DNA of 64,000 nucleotides from Patescibacteria group bacterium (GCA_038065315.1 JBBTRF010000001.1:528458-592457); one strand, 5' to 3'; shown: positions 43,304-53,116, counted from the first letter of the stretch. The notes: generated by a model from the letters alone, not told the origin. Translations and numbers: made by a program.

Positions 43304-45001
43304 CTAGAATTCGTCGAAGAGGTCAATCACACGACTCAGTTCATCGAGGGAAGTGACACCACGGAGCATTTTCAACACGCCATCTTGACGCATGTCGAGG
43401 ATACCTTGAGCGAGCGCGGCCTTTTTGATCTCGCGCTCGCTCGGATTGCCGATCACCGCTTGTTCTATTGCTTCGCTGCGCAGGATAGCTTCATAGATAC
43501 CGATTCGGCCCTTGTATCCGGTCAGATTGCATTTATCACAGCCGACAGGGAGCCATTGTTTCGTGGCGTCGACAGATTCTTTTGTCAGGGCATCTCGATA
43601 TGACGGATCGGCAATCGCGGCGAGGGTCTTGGCTACGAGCGCAGCATTTTCCGGATCTAGTGGCGCTTGTTTTTTGCACGATGGACACAATACGCGTACA
43701 AGTCGCTGTGCCAGAGCGATATTCACGGCCGAGGTAAGCGTCTTTGGATTTACACCGAGGTCGATGAGGCGGGGGAAGGTGCCAGCAGCGCTATTGGTGT
43801 GCAGTGTGGAGAATACAAGGTGGCCAGTCTGTGCGGAGTTGATCGCAATTTGCGCGGTTTCATTGTCGCGAATTTCACCCACCATGATCACATCAGGGTC
43901 CTGTCGCAAAGCAGCGCGCAATCCGTTCAAAAAATCATACCCTTTTTCCGACTCGACCTGCGTCTGCACGATGCCAGGCAGATGATATTCGATCGGGTCT
44001 TCGATGGTGATAATCTTGATCTCCGGCTTGCTCACTTTCCTCAAAAAGGCATATAGCGTCGTGGTTTTTCCAGATCCGGTCGGGCCAGTGGTGAGGATCA
44101 TGCCCTCTGGTCGGTCGATCTCTTTCTGCAACACCGCGAAGAGCTTCGGGTCGATGCCCATGTCTTCGAGCGGCACCGCAATATTTTTTGGATTCAAAAT
44201 ACGCATTACGATAGACTCGCTGTACGAGCCGGGCAGGATTGATACGCGGATTTCGATCTCACTTTCGTTGAGCTTCACGCTGAGACGACCGTCTTGCGCG
44301 TCGGTTTTGATATTGAGCTTCATGCCCGACAACAGCTTTACGCGAGAGAGGAGGAGGTGGTATGTCTCATGATCGAGAGAGAGTACATTGTGGAGTACGC
44401 CATCGAGACGCAAGCGCAGACGCACAGCATTTTCTTCCGGCTCGAGGTGGACGTCGGAAGCGCCGGTGGCCAATGCACCAGCAAGGATGATTTCGAAGAT
44501 TTTCGAGATACGGAAACCTTTATTTTGAGATAAAATGTCCGCGACCATCTTCTTCACGTCCTCGACCGTCTGCACTTTGGCGAGCATTTCCGCGATCTCC
44601 TCACTCGACACCTCGAGCGAACCAGCCTTGGTCTCCGAAGCGAAGGAAAGATCCTTGTACATCTCCCAAGCACGAGTGAGACTGTTGATCGATGCCATCG
44701 CCTGCGACACTTTGTATCCTTTCTGCTCAAGCTCGCCAATCAAAGCGATGGTCGCATCATTTTTTGGCGAGAGTACGGCGATCTCGAGGCGCTTGTCGAC
44801 GCGGTTGTATGCCACACATTTCGCCGCACGCGCTTTTGATTCTTCGATTACACGCAGCGCATCGCTATTGATGGGGATCTGCGAGAAATTCACATAGAGC
44901 AAGCCATAGCGTGCGGCGAGCATCTGGGCCAGCTCCTCTTCCTCGGTGGAGTAGAGGTCCTTGATCTTCTTATTTTGCTTGTCTTCGTCAAACTGGATCA
45001 T
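43304..45001 (-). CDS. pilB: type IV pilus assembly / type II secretion ATPase (PilB/GspE family)
   Basis: It has an N-terminal GspE_N-like domain. Walker A TGPTGSGKTTTLYAFL and the His-box region follow. A C-terminal Cys cluster (CPSCKK...CDKC) was seen. Length is 565 aa. Confidence 0.9.
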   Translation of the reverse strand: MIQFDEDKQNKKIKDLYSTEEEELAQMLAARYGLLYVNFSQIPINSDALRVIEESKARAAKCVAYNRVDKRLEIAVLSPKNDATIALIGELEQKGYKVSQAMASINSLTRAWEMYKDLSFASETKAGSLEVSSEEIAEMLAKVQTVEDVKKMVADILSQNKGFRISKIFEIILAGALATGASDVHLEPEENAVRLRLRLDGVLHNVLSLDHETYHLLLSRVKLLSGMKLNIKTDAQDGRLSVKLNESEIEIRVSILPGSYSESIVMRILNPKNIAVPLEDMGIDPKLFAVLQKEIDRPEGMILTTGPTGSGKTTTLYAFLRKVSKPEIKIITIEDPIEYHLPGIVQTQVESEKGYDFLNGLRAALRQDPDVIMVGEIRDNETAQIAINSAQTGHLVFSTLHTNSAAGTFPRLIDLGVNPKTLTSAVNIALAQRLVRVLCPSCKKQAPLDPENAALVAKTLAAIADPSYRDALTKESVDATKQWLPVGCDKCNLTGYKGRIGIYEAILRSEAIEQAVIGNPSEREIKKAALAQGILDMRQDGVLKMLRGVTSLDELSRVIDLFDEF

Positions 45002-45160
45002 CCCACCAGTATACCTGTGTCCGAGCCTGAAATCGAGGGAAAATAGGGGATTTCCAGCCGGATTATTGACTTTTTGATACTAAGTGTGGTATAATACACT
45101 CAGGTCAGAACACTGACATTGTCGCGAATCCGTATGGATCCGACGCAACCTAGTCACTTT

Positions 45161-45709
45161 ATGAAAACCAACACTCGGTCGGTTCGGTCGTTCCTGCCGC
45201 TTTTGGTCGCAGGACTCTCTCTGCTCCTCGGGGTCGGCTGTGCTGGCCTTCGCCAGGAGCGGTTCTACAGCCTCACACAGGCGGCCGATGGGAAGTTCTA
45301 CGATCCTACCGGCGAACAGCGTTTCCCGTCGGCAGCGACGGTGAGGGTGGAAAACACTCTGGAAAAGGGGACAATCGAGGTTTTCGTTCGCGAAGACAAA
45401 AACGTCGTCCTTATTCCACCGAAAAGTTTCAGGACTGTCCATGTGCAGCTCGACTACTACCAGCAGGGGTATGTCGCCGTGCTCTTTGCCCGGATTCTTG
45501 ACGACAACACGCCAGGAAGGACTCTCGCTAAGCGGGCGTTCATATTTCAAAACGCCCGCCACAACGACCGAGTCTACGGGCAGGACTTTGGACCGGTGAT
45601 CCCAGAGACGAAAGTCTGGATCGTCAAGCGGGAAGAATTCATTCTCCCGCCACCTCAGCCACCTGCCCAAGTTCGCAGTAGCGGATTCGGTCTCGGATGG
45701 TTTCGTTGA
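45161..45709 (+). CDS. putative lipoprotein / secreted protein, hypothetical
   Basis: MKTNTRSVRSFLPLLVAGLSLLLGVGCAG has n-region, h-region and Cys (a lipobox-like LGVGC). A TTGACT...TGTGGTATAAT promoter lies about 70 nt upstream. The fully overlapping minus ORF 45080..45670 is judged spurious. Confidence 0.5.
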   Translation: MKTNTRSVRSFLPLLVAGLSLLLGVGCAGLRQERFYSLTQAADGKFYDPTGEQRFPSAATVRVENTLEKGTIEVFVREDKNVVLIPPKSFRTVHVQLDYYQQGYVAVLFARILDDNTPGRTLAKRAFIFQNARHNDRVYGQDFGPVIPETKVWIVKREEFILPPPQPPAQVRSSGFGLGWFR

Positions 45710-45797
45710 TGTCGGCTACGGTCGTACATCATCTCAGCCGGACACTCGCAACGCAACATGTTTGCGCGAGTGTCCGGCTTTTACTATACTTGGCGAA

Positions 45798-46265
45798 ATG
45801 AACCCTTCCCCCAATACTCCCGCCGCTCTCTTTGTGAGCAAAGCACTCAGCGATACAGCAGAGTTCGCTAAGCAGATCGTTTTGAGCCTCCAACCCCATT
45901 CGACGACTGCGACCATCCTCGCTCTCTCCGGCGACCTCGGCTCCGGGAAGACGGCTTTTGTAAAAGCTCTCGCCTCGGCGCTCGGGATCAAAGAAACCAT
46001 TACCAGCCCAACGTTTGTCATTGAGCAGATTTACACACTGCCGAAAGGTGCAATTTTCGACCGCCTCATCCACATCGACGCCTACCGCCTCGAAAAGTCG
46101 AGTGAGCTTGAGCGGCTTGGTTGGGCAGAGATTGCGACGAATCCACGAAATCTCATTTGCCTCGAGTGGCCGGAAAATGTTGTTGGCCTGTCTCATTTTG
46201 ACAACGCCCGCGAGCTAAAATTCCACTTCATTGACGAAAACACCAGGGAGATTTCCTTTTCATAA
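45798..46265 (+). CDS. tsaE: tRNA threonylcarbamoyladenosine biosynthesis ATPase TsaE
   Basis: LALSGDLGSGKTAFVKALASALGI...SPTFVIEQIY...IHIDAYRL. Confidence 0.75.
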   Translation: MNPSPNTPAALFVSKALSDTAEFAKQIVLSLQPHSTTATILALSGDLGSGKTAFVKALASALGIKETITSPTFVIEQIYTLPKGAIFDRLIHIDAYRLEKSSELERLGWAEIATNPRNLICLEWPENVVGLSHFDNARELKFHFIDENTREISFS

Positions 46266-46294
46266 CGCCGCGCCCGAAGTGATACAATAGCCTC

Positions 46295-48748
46295 ATGAAA
46301 AAGGGCTCCGACGAACCGAGCAAAAAGCGAGTATCCACCGTGCCAAAGCGCCTCGTGCTACTCGATGTACATGCGATCTTGCATCGGGCATACCACGCGT
46401 TGCCAGAATTTGCCTCAAGCAAAGGTGAGCCGACCGGCGCGTTGTATGGCCTCTGCACCATGATCATCAAAATAGTGGGCGAGCTGCACCCCGACTACAT
46501 CGCCGCTTGCTACGACCTTCCGGGCCCGACGTATCGCCACGAGGCATACAAAGACTACAAAGCTGGACGCTCAAAGACCGACGAAGCCCTCGTCGCGCAG
46601 ATCATTCGTTCGAAAGATATTTTCACAGCGTTCAATATTCCAGTGTACGAAATGGCGGGCTTTGAGGCCGACGACATGCTCGGTACCATTGTGGAGCAGG
46701 TGCTCACGCGCAAAGACCTCGCCAACTTTGATGTGGTGATCGCTTCCGGCGACATGGACACGCTCCAGCTTGTGAAGGGCGACCGCGTGCAGGTGTACAC
46801 GTTGAAAAAGGGGATTAAAGACACTGTGATATACGACGAAGCTGGCGTGAAAGAGCGCTTCAGCTTTGGTCCTGAACTGTTGCCCGACTACAAAGGTCTG
46901 CGCGGCGATCCGTCCGACAATATCATTGGTATCAAAGGTATTGGCGAAAAAACCGCCACGATTTTGATCCAAAAATTCGGCTCGATCGAGAGCATGTACA
47001 AGGCGCTAAAGAAAGACCCCGATGCTTTCGAGGGTGTGGTGACCCCGCGCATGGCCGAATTGCTCAAGCAAGGCGAAGAGGAGGCGAATTTTTCGAAGAT
47101 GCTCGCCTCGATTCGCCGCGACGCACCGGTGACCTATACGATCCCGGAAAAGGGGTGGAAAGAGGGGATCGAAACTCAGGCCATCCTCGACCTGTTCAGT
47201 GCTTTGGAATTCCGTGCTCTTGGTTCGCGTGTGAAGGAGGCGTTTTCGTTGCAGGGAAGCTTGCTCGATCTCGCTCCGACGGTTGGCCCAAATGGCGAAG
47301 AAAAAAATGAAGGCTCTGCGGCAGAATCGGCCCAAAATATCGACCCAGCCCAACTCAAAGAAACCTCCATCGCGCTGTATCTCGTGAATTCCAACCTCAG
47401 CAACCCCGGCCTCGAGGAGATCTTGCAATTTGCGAAGACCCGCGATTTTGCGAAGGCACGGACGATCATTCTCGACGAATTGAGAAAGCGTGGCGGCGAA
47501 AAGGTGTTGCGCGATATCGAAATGCCGATCGTGCCCGTCGTCGAAAAAATGGAACAGCTCGGCGTGAAGGTCGACAAAACGTATCTGAAAGAGCTGTCGG
47601 TGCGATATCACAAGGAGCTCAACAAGCTCGAAAAATCTATTTGGGAAATGTCGGGCGGCGAGGAGTTCAATATCAATTCACCGAAGCAGCTTGGCGAGAT
47701 CCTGTTTGTGAAGATGGGCCTGGTCGGCAAGAATATGAAGAAGACTGAAGGCGGCGTGCCGTCTACTCGCGAGTCGGAGCTCGAAAAGTTGCGCGAATTG
47801 CACCCGATCATCAGCAAGATCCTCGAGTATCGCGAATTTCAGAAGCTTCTCTCCACCTACATCGACAACATTCCCGGTATGCTCGACGACAACAGCCGCT
47901 TGCACGCCACTTTTTTGCAGGCAGGTGCGGCGACAGGACGCATGTCTTCGAATAGTCCGAACCTGCAGAATATTCCGATCAAGACCGAGCTCGGTCGCAA
48001 TATTCGCAAGGCTTTTGTCGCTGAAAAAGGTTTTGCGTTGCTTGACCTGGACTATTCTCAGATCGAATTGCGCATCGCCGCGTTTTTGTCGGGCGACGAA
48101 AAGCTGAAAGGCATTTTCAAGCGGGGAGAGGACGTCCATACCGCCGTGGCCGCGCAGGTGTTCAAGGTGCCGCTCGAAAAGGTCGACAAAGAAATGCGCC
48201 GTCGTGCCAAAGTGATCAACTTCGGTATTTTGTATGGCATGGGCATCAACGCGCTGCGCACCAACCTCGGCACCGACCGCAAAGAAGCACAGGCATTTCA
48301 CGATGCGTATTTTGAGACGTTTAGCGAGCTCGCGAAGTATATTGATGCGACGAAAGCGGCGGCGGCACGACAAGGGTACGTAGAGACGTTCTTTGGCCGC
48401 CGCCGCAACTTCGAAGGCATCAAATCGCCTATCCCATACATCCGCGCCGCCGCCGAGCGCATGGCGGTGAACGCGCCGATGCAAGGCACCCAGGCCGACC
48501 TGATCAAGCTCGCCATGGGGAAGATCGACGCCTATTTGAACGAAAAAGGCCTCGCCGACGACGTCCGCCTCATCCTTCAGGTGCATGACGAGCTCGTGTA
48601 TGAAGTGCGCGAATCGATTGCGAAGAAGGTCGGCGCAGAGATCCGTACTCTCATGGAGGGCGTCATCACCCAGAAAGAAACCGACGGTGTGCCGATCTGC
48701 GCCAACGCCTCCATCGGTCCAAATTGGGGCGAAGTTGAGCTTTTGTAA
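46295..48748 (+). CDS. polA: DNA polymerase I (5'-3' exonuclease + polymerase domains)
   Basis: The N-terminal 5'-3' exonuclease/FEN domain (LLDVHAILHRAYHAL) and the Pol A motifs (RRAKVINFGILYGMG; QVHDELVYEV) were seen. At 817 aa, the 3'-5' exonuclease domain appears reduced. Confidence 0.95.
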   Translation: MKKGSDEPSKKRVSTVPKRLVLLDVHAILHRAYHALPEFASSKGEPTGALYGLCTMIIKIVGELHPDYIAACYDLPGPTYRHEAYKDYKAGRSKTDEALVAQIIRSKDIFTAFNIPVYEMAGFEADDMLGTIVEQVLTRKDLANFDVVIASGDMDTLQLVKGDRVQVYTLKKGIKDTVIYDEAGVKERFSFGPELLPDYKGLRGDPSDNIIGIKGIGEKTATILIQKFGSIESMYKALKKDPDAFEGVVTPRMAELLKQGEEEANFSKMLASIRRDAPVTYTIPEKGWKEGIETQAILDLFSALEFRALGSRVKEAFSLQGSLLDLAPTVGPNGEEKNEGSAAESAQNIDPAQLKETSIALYLVNSNLSNPGLEEILQFAKTRDFAKARTIILDELRKRGGEKVLRDIEMPIVPVVEKMEQLGVKVDKTYLKELSVRYHKELNKLEKSIWEMSGGEEFNINSPKQLGEILFVKMGLVGKNMKKTEGGVPSTRESELEKLRELHPIISKILEYREFQKLLSTYIDNIPGMLDDNSRLHATFLQAGAATGRMSSNSPNLQNIPIKTELGRNIRKAFVAEKGFALLDLDYSQIELRIAAFLSGDEKLKGIFKRGEDVHTAVAAQVFKVPLEKVDKEMRRRAKVINFGILYGMGINALRTNLGTDRKEAQAFHDAYFETFSELAKYIDATKAAAARQGYVETFFGRRRNFEGIKSPIPYIRAAAERMAVNAPMQGTQADLIKLAMGKIDAYLNEKGLADDVRLILQVHDELVYEVRESIAKKVGAEIRTLMEGVITQKETDGVPICANASIGPNWGEVELL

Positions 48749-48780
48749 GCGAGCGACACCCAGCCTGCGATTTATTTATC

Positions 48781-49575
48781 ATGATCTACCTTCTTCACGG
48801 CGAAGACACCGAAAAGGCTCGCACCAAAGCGCACGAGTTGGTGGATTCGCTGCGCGCGAAAAAACCGGACGCCTCTTTTTTCAAAATAGAAGCAGCGCAA
48901 TTTTCCGCAGAAAAGCTTGATGAGCTGATCAATTCGCAAGGGCTTTTTGAAAGCAAATACATCGTTCTACTTGATCGCGTCTTCGAAAACAAAGAAGCGA
49001 AGGAGCAGCTAATCGGCTCGCGCAAAGAGCTCGCAGAATCGCCACACATTTTCATTCTGCTGGAGGGCAAGGTCGACAAGGCTGCACTCACCAAACTCGA
49101 GAAGGTTGCTGCGAAGGCGCAGGTGTTTGAGGTAGGTGGCGCCGGTGGTTCGAGCGGTGGTTTTGGCGGTGGGGCTGGAGGCAAGGGCCGCCAATTCGCC
49201 GTGGGGGAGACCGGCGGACAGTTTTCAATCAGCGAATTCAACATTTTCTCGCTCGGTGACGCATTCGGCCGCCGCGACAAAAAAGAACTGTGGTTTTTGT
49301 TTAGCAAGGCAGCACTGCGCAACATTCCAGCCGAAGAGATCCACGGCATTTTGTTCTGGGCTTGGAAATCCATGGCCCTGGCCGCCGCCTCGAAAGATGC
49401 CGCCGAAGCCGGCATTAACCCCTACGTCTTCCAAAAAAGCTCGGGCTTTGCCAAGAATTTCAGCGCCAACGAGCTCGCCACCATGGGCGCACGCCTCGTC
49501 CGAATGTCTCACGACGCGCACCGCGGCAAGACCGATTTTGATATCGAGCTGGAGCGGTTTGTGTTGGGGGTGTAA
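48781..49575 (+). CDS. holA: DNA polymerase III delta subunit-like (HolA-like) with internal Gly-rich insertion
   Basis: MIYLLHGEDTEKARTKAHELV is a HolA-type N-terminus. A low-complexity GGAGGSSGGFGGGAGGKG segment lies mid-protein. It is located right after polA. Confidence 0.45.
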   Translation: MIYLLHGEDTEKARTKAHELVDSLRAKKPDASFFKIEAAQFSAEKLDELINSQGLFESKYIVLLDRVFENKEAKEQLIGSRKELAESPHIFILLEGKVDKAALTKLEKVAAKAQVFEVGGAGGSSGGFGGGAGGKGRQFAVGETGGQFSISEFNIFSLGDAFGRRDKKELWFLFSKAALRNIPAEEIHGILFWAWKSMALAAASKDAAEAGINPYVFQKSSGFAKNFSANELATMGARLVRMSHDAHRGKTDFDIELERFVLGV

Positions 49576-49599
49576 AATGCGCACAAAAAGTTGCAAAAA

Positions 49600-49629
49600 C
49601 ATCCAGTCTCTCCTCAGAGAGACTGGATG
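49600..49629. terminator. bidirectional stem-loop between convergent genes
   Basis: CATCCAGTCTCTC-ctca-GAGAGACTGGATG is a perfect 13-bp stem flanked by A-run and T-rich sequence. Confidence 0.5.
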
Positions 49630-49647
49630 TTGGCGAAGAAGCTGAGC

Positions 49648-50733
49648 TTACTTGACGGCGATTTCTCCAGTCATCGCATTGACGGGCCAGGCCAGCCGTT
49701 TGATCACTGTGTCCATGAGACGTTTTCCGGTTGGATTGAACAGATTCCAGATATTCTCCGGGTCCAAGTTTCTTTTCACAAAGCGGTGAATACGGTCGCT
49801 TGCGGCGATTCGCAAACTTAGCCGGTATGCTCCCGCTGAGAGCAAACCGCTGGCAAGCCCGTTCGCAAGCGCGATGAGGAGCACTGTCTGCTCGCCCATT
49901 TTACCCTTGGTGAGCAATGCGGTTGTCGAAGTGACAAGCAACGTTACCAGTGCCCCCATCCAATGGGCTTCTTTCCCCGACATCCTTGCGATAAGCAGAG
50001 GGAGCCGAGTGAGTGCTTGACCGATGGTGGCTACCATCGACAGGACTGGTGTAAGCACGAAGCTAACCAGCCAAATGACCCCGAAAGTGCTCAGTGCCAA
50101 GGTAAAAATGGTGCCCACGTAGGTGACTATGAAGGTCTTGGTTGCCACAAACAGCAGCACGCTTCGTGACCACAGCCGACCGAGCTTGCTTTTTTCGGTG
50201 TCCAAACTAATCCCTATAATGAAGCCTAGGGAGGCGGCAAGAATAGCCATGATCCAGAGCCCGAGAATCAGCAAGGACATATCTTGGTCGGGTTGATGCA
50301 GGCGGTGATATGTTGAGATAAGGACAAATCCAACCCAAGCCAACCCGATGATCCAGTCAGTGGTCCGCAAACGATTTTCTGTTGACTGTCGAAGCCACCG
50401 ACAAGAGCGGGGCAGGAGAGATAAGACGCGGCCGAGTCCGTCGCCAAGTCGCCTCCAGTTGTTTGGGCCGCGTTGGTTCAGATCGCTGAGCCAGGCCGCC
50501 GCTCGGGGCCATGTGTTGCTGACCTTGCTGGGCGCAGTCCGTGGTTCGTGCAATTTCTTCCAGATCTCGGGGGCCCAGAAGCCGATGATGAAGCCGAGGA
50601 GACAGGCCGCGAACATCGGCCAGAAGCCAGCGAAGTGAAAGGCGAGGATGCCAGTCGCGCCACCAGCGAAGCCACCGACGAAGTGTCTGAGGGTGAGGTT
50701 CATAAGCGTGTGAGTTGCTGCAGTTTGTGTCAA
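49648..50733 (-). CDS. polytopic membrane protein, hypothetical
   Basis: 361 aa with about 8 predicted TM helices. Confidence 0.5.
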   Translation of the reverse strand: MTQTAATHTLMNLTLRHFVGGFAGGATGILAFHFAGFWPMFAACLLGFIIGFWAPEIWKKLHEPRTAPSKVSNTWPRAAAWLSDLNQRGPNNWRRLGDGLGRVLSLLPRSCRWLRQSTENRLRTTDWIIGLAWVGFVLISTYHRLHQPDQDMSLLILGLWIMAILAASLGFIIGISLDTEKSKLGRLWSRSVLLFVATKTFIVTYVGTIFTLALSTFGVIWLVSFVLTPVLSMVATIGQALTRLPLLIARMSGKEAHWMGALVTLLVTSTTALLTKGKMGEQTVLLIALANGLASGLLSAGAYRLSLRIAASDRIHRFVKRNLDPENIWNLFNPTGKRLMDTVIKRLAWPVNAMTGEIAVK

Positions 50734-50839
50734 ACAGGGCGGGGAATCGGCAACGAGCCGACTCTTTTAGGTGAATTCCCGTCCAGTGCTATTTGCTAGC
50801 AAAGTACACTAAATCAAGGATAGTGTCAAGGTGGCGCCG

Positions 50840-51682
50840 CTACCTCCTAAACAACCCTTCAAAGTCCTCCTTCGGCATCTCGTAATTAAACCCTGGCGCT
50901 TTCTCCTGCAATCGCCCGCAGCGTTCTTTGTCATATTTCGGCGTCTTCTTCAATTGCACAAAACACACGGCTGAATACCGGCCCTCCTTTGCGGTCTGCG
51001 CGGTGGCGACCACCCGATGGCAGGTGGCTTTCAGCTGTCCGCTGGAGCGTAGCTGCATTTGCATCGAGGGGATGATCACGGTTTCGTCAGCCGAAACAGG
51101 CATGTCGATCCATTGCTTCTCGCGAGTGAGGCACTGCAACCCCGCCGCGCTCTCGTACAAGTGGGGAGTGAAGCCGCTTTGATCCGCGTGGGCACTGGCG
51201 ATCTCTTCGCCGACGGTCCGATCGCCAAAATAATGAATAAAGCGGATGAAATACGCATCCTCGCCCTGCTCGACCTCCTTTGTGAAATCTGGTAGAGCAA
51301 AAGCCTCTTCCGCCTGTCGCGCAAATTCCACGATGAGCGGCTTGGTCAGCGCCACTAGCGCCGAAGCGTCTTCGATGAAGCACAGGGCGACGGCGTTCTT
51401 CACCTTGCCGGCGTTTTCCGTGAGCCAGCGCTTGCTGCCGGTAGTGACATCGAAATTTTCCTTGTGATCTGCCTTGTTTCCAACACCGTCTTTCAATTCG
51501 TATCCAACTCCATCAGCATTGTTGCTGTAGGGGAGACCGCGCTTCACTTCGGTCGGCAACGCACAGAACTCTTGCCACGAAGCGACAGCTTTTTCGACCG
51601 CCGCGCGCAGCTGCGGCGGGTACTTCATTGATACAAAACCGGTTGTAGCTAGATTTTCGATGTCTTTGATTGGATGTTTCAT
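50840..51682 (-). CDS. 2-oxoglutarate/Fe(II)-dependent oxygenase superfamily protein (IPNS-like fold)
   Basis: HADQSGFTPHL...GLQ...ATCHRVV gives the HxD...H facial triad plus the RxS-like 2OG-binding region. The ATG (MKHPIKD) at 51682 is preferred. Confidence 0.5.
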   Translation of the reverse strand: MKHPIKDIENLATTGFVSMKYPPQLRAAVEKAVASWQEFCALPTEVKRGLPYSNNADGVGYELKDGVGNKADHKENFDVTTGSKRWLTENAGKVKNAVALCFIEDASALVALTKPLIVEFARQAEEAFALPDFTKEVEQGEDAYFIRFIHYFGDRTVGEEIASAHADQSGFTPHLYESAAGLQCLTREKQWIDMPVSADETVIIPSMQMQLRSSGQLKATCHRVVATAQTAKEGRYSAVCFVQLKKTPKYDKERCGRLQEKAPGFNYEMPKEDFEGLFRR

Positions 51683-51736
51683 GTCCAAAGTATACAAAGC
51701 CGCGAAAAACAAAAAAGCGAGGGAGTCCTCGGTAAT

Positions 51737-52453
51737 TTACATCTTCTCACCAACCTGCTCATCTTCCTCGTAGAAGAAGGGCAGTGAGTCGATTTTGCTG
51801 TTGCTGATCGCGACGAGCACCTTGGCGATGGCTTTGAGCGAGTCGAACTCTGCGGATTCATTTTGGATAGCTTGGTCGATTGGCACCCACATGTTTTTGC
51901 CGAATTCGGTGTCGATCAATTCGCCCGAGTGGCTGCTCGCATACGCGATGGGGAAGAAGACATCTGAAAACAACTCATCTTTCACATACAGCATGCGGCG
52001 CTGGATGCCGACGATCCTGAAGTCCGCGTCGAGTCCGGTTTCGGTTTTCAGTTTTCGCGCGGCTGCCTTTTCAACCGGCTCTGCTTTGCGCACGATGCCA
52101 CCCATCACGCCGATTTTCCCAAAAGAGGGGTGGCTCTGGCGGAGCTGGTTGAGGATCTCAAGCTTGCCGTCTCGGACGCGCGACACAATGGTGATGACAT
52201 TCACTTTGAACAGACTCGCAATCTTTTCTTGCTCGTCCACGAGGTGCGGATCGGCGACATGTTTGATGCCGCTCTGTGCGAGAGAGTATCCGTCATCGCT
52301 GCGCTCAACCAGGCCTTTTTTCACGAGGAATTGCAGGTGATAATTGAAGAGGTCGTTCGGGATCTTTTCTGGCGCGAGTTCGCTGTAGCGGAGGAGTTTC
52401 GCGTTTTTTAGCTTGGTGAGAATGTGGTTTTGGATGGGGGAGAGGGCGGGCAT
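51737..52453 (-). CDS. winged-HTH + NUDIX hydrolase fusion protein
   Basis: The N-terminal wHTH (LTKLKNAKLLRYSELAPEKIPNDLFNYHLQFLVKKGLVERSDDGYSL) is followed by the Nudix box GGIVRKAEPVEKAAARKLKTETGL (G-x5-E-x7-REUxEExGU-like). The true start is probably the internal ATG MPALSPIQ; the listed TTG start reads through the upstream terminator. Confidence 0.55.
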   Translation of the reverse strand: MPALSPIQNHILTKLKNAKLLRYSELAPEKIPNDLFNYHLQFLVKKGLVERSDDGYSLAQSGIKHVADPHLVDEQEKIASLFKVNVITIVSRVRDGKLEILNQLRQSHPSFGKIGVMGGIVRKAEPVEKAAARKLKTETGLDADFRIVGIQRRMLYVKDELFSDVFFPIAYASSHSGELIDTEFGKNMWVPIDQAIQNESAEFDSLKAIAKVLVAISNSKIDSLPFFYEEDEQVGEKM

Positions 52454-52509
52454 TGGAGTGTCGAGTAGAGCGTAGCACGGCAAAAAGGAAAAGAAAAATC
52501 GCAAAGAAA

Positions 52510-52544
52510 AAACCAGTTTCGACTTGCGTCTAACTGGTTGATGA
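52510..52544 (-). terminator. rho-independent terminator on minus strand just upstream of the NUDIX gene start
   Basis: On the minus strand it reads AACCAGTTAGACGCAAGTCGAAACTGGTTTTTT, a 6-7 bp stem with a U6 tail. Confidence 0.5.
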
Positions 52545-52940
52545 ATCGGGACGAGGTGATATCTACCCCATCACAGTCGGGGAGTACACCCCAAGCTGTT
52601 GTCCGGTTGGGACGGACTCCTATTTAGTTTCGCTGCATGAGAAATCTTTTTGAGATCCCCCAGTGACTAGCTAGGCGATGATGGAAGGTGCTTCGTTATG
52701 CGAGTGACACGCTTCGTGTCCCCTAATTACTCACGGTCTGTCTTGCTCCCGTGCGCACTTATCATTCCTCTCTGGGTCTATTTGTAAGGCAGTCCAACTC
52801 CGATATTGTCCGGGCGCATTGCTCGGGCGGCTCGGCTAGAACTGGCACAAACGCGATTCGTCTTTCAACTTGTCGCTTTACGACCCTTTCGTCGCTCCCT
52901 TGCGAGAGCTCACTTTCAATATCCTGCTCGACCGATTCAG
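52545..52940 (-). ncRNA. candidate about 400-nt structured RNA or long leader of unknown class
   Basis: A minus-strand TTGACA-N17-TACGCT promoter-like element lies at about 52945-52975. Several hairpins were seen (GACACG-aagc-GTGTC; GGGG-tgtact-CCCC). The region ends at the terminator above. The only ORFs here (76 and 97 aa) use rare codons. Confidence 0.3.
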
Positions 52941-53116
52941 TGACTAGCGTACTCCCAGAGGTAGGGGGTGTCAACTGTGTCGGCCGCGCCATCCCGGAAA
53001 GTCATTTTGTAATGTATTACGACGGACGGCGGCTTAGTAAGTGATCGAGACTAATACGCATCAATCACTCATATTTATACAATACCTTTATACAATAACA
53101 ATTAATCACCATCTTT

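Noticed and set aside
45080-45670. Minus-strand 196-aa ORF overlapping the putative lipoprotein gene
   Set aside because: Plus-strand frame has a textbook signal peptide/lipobox-like N-terminus and an upstream promoter. Minus frame has none and starts inside the plus gene's promoter.
47006-48586. Minus-strand ORFs inside polA (for example 47678..48586, 47006..47611)
   Set aside because: Antisense shadows of a GC-rich gene. polA frame is unambiguous.
52762-53044. Small ORFs 52762..52992 (-) and 52751..53044 (+) inside the candidate 400-nt leader/ncRNA
   Set aside because: Rich in codons rarely used elsewhere in the window (CTA, AGA, AGG, ATA). No RBS or motifs. Retained only as an alternative explanation in the finding.
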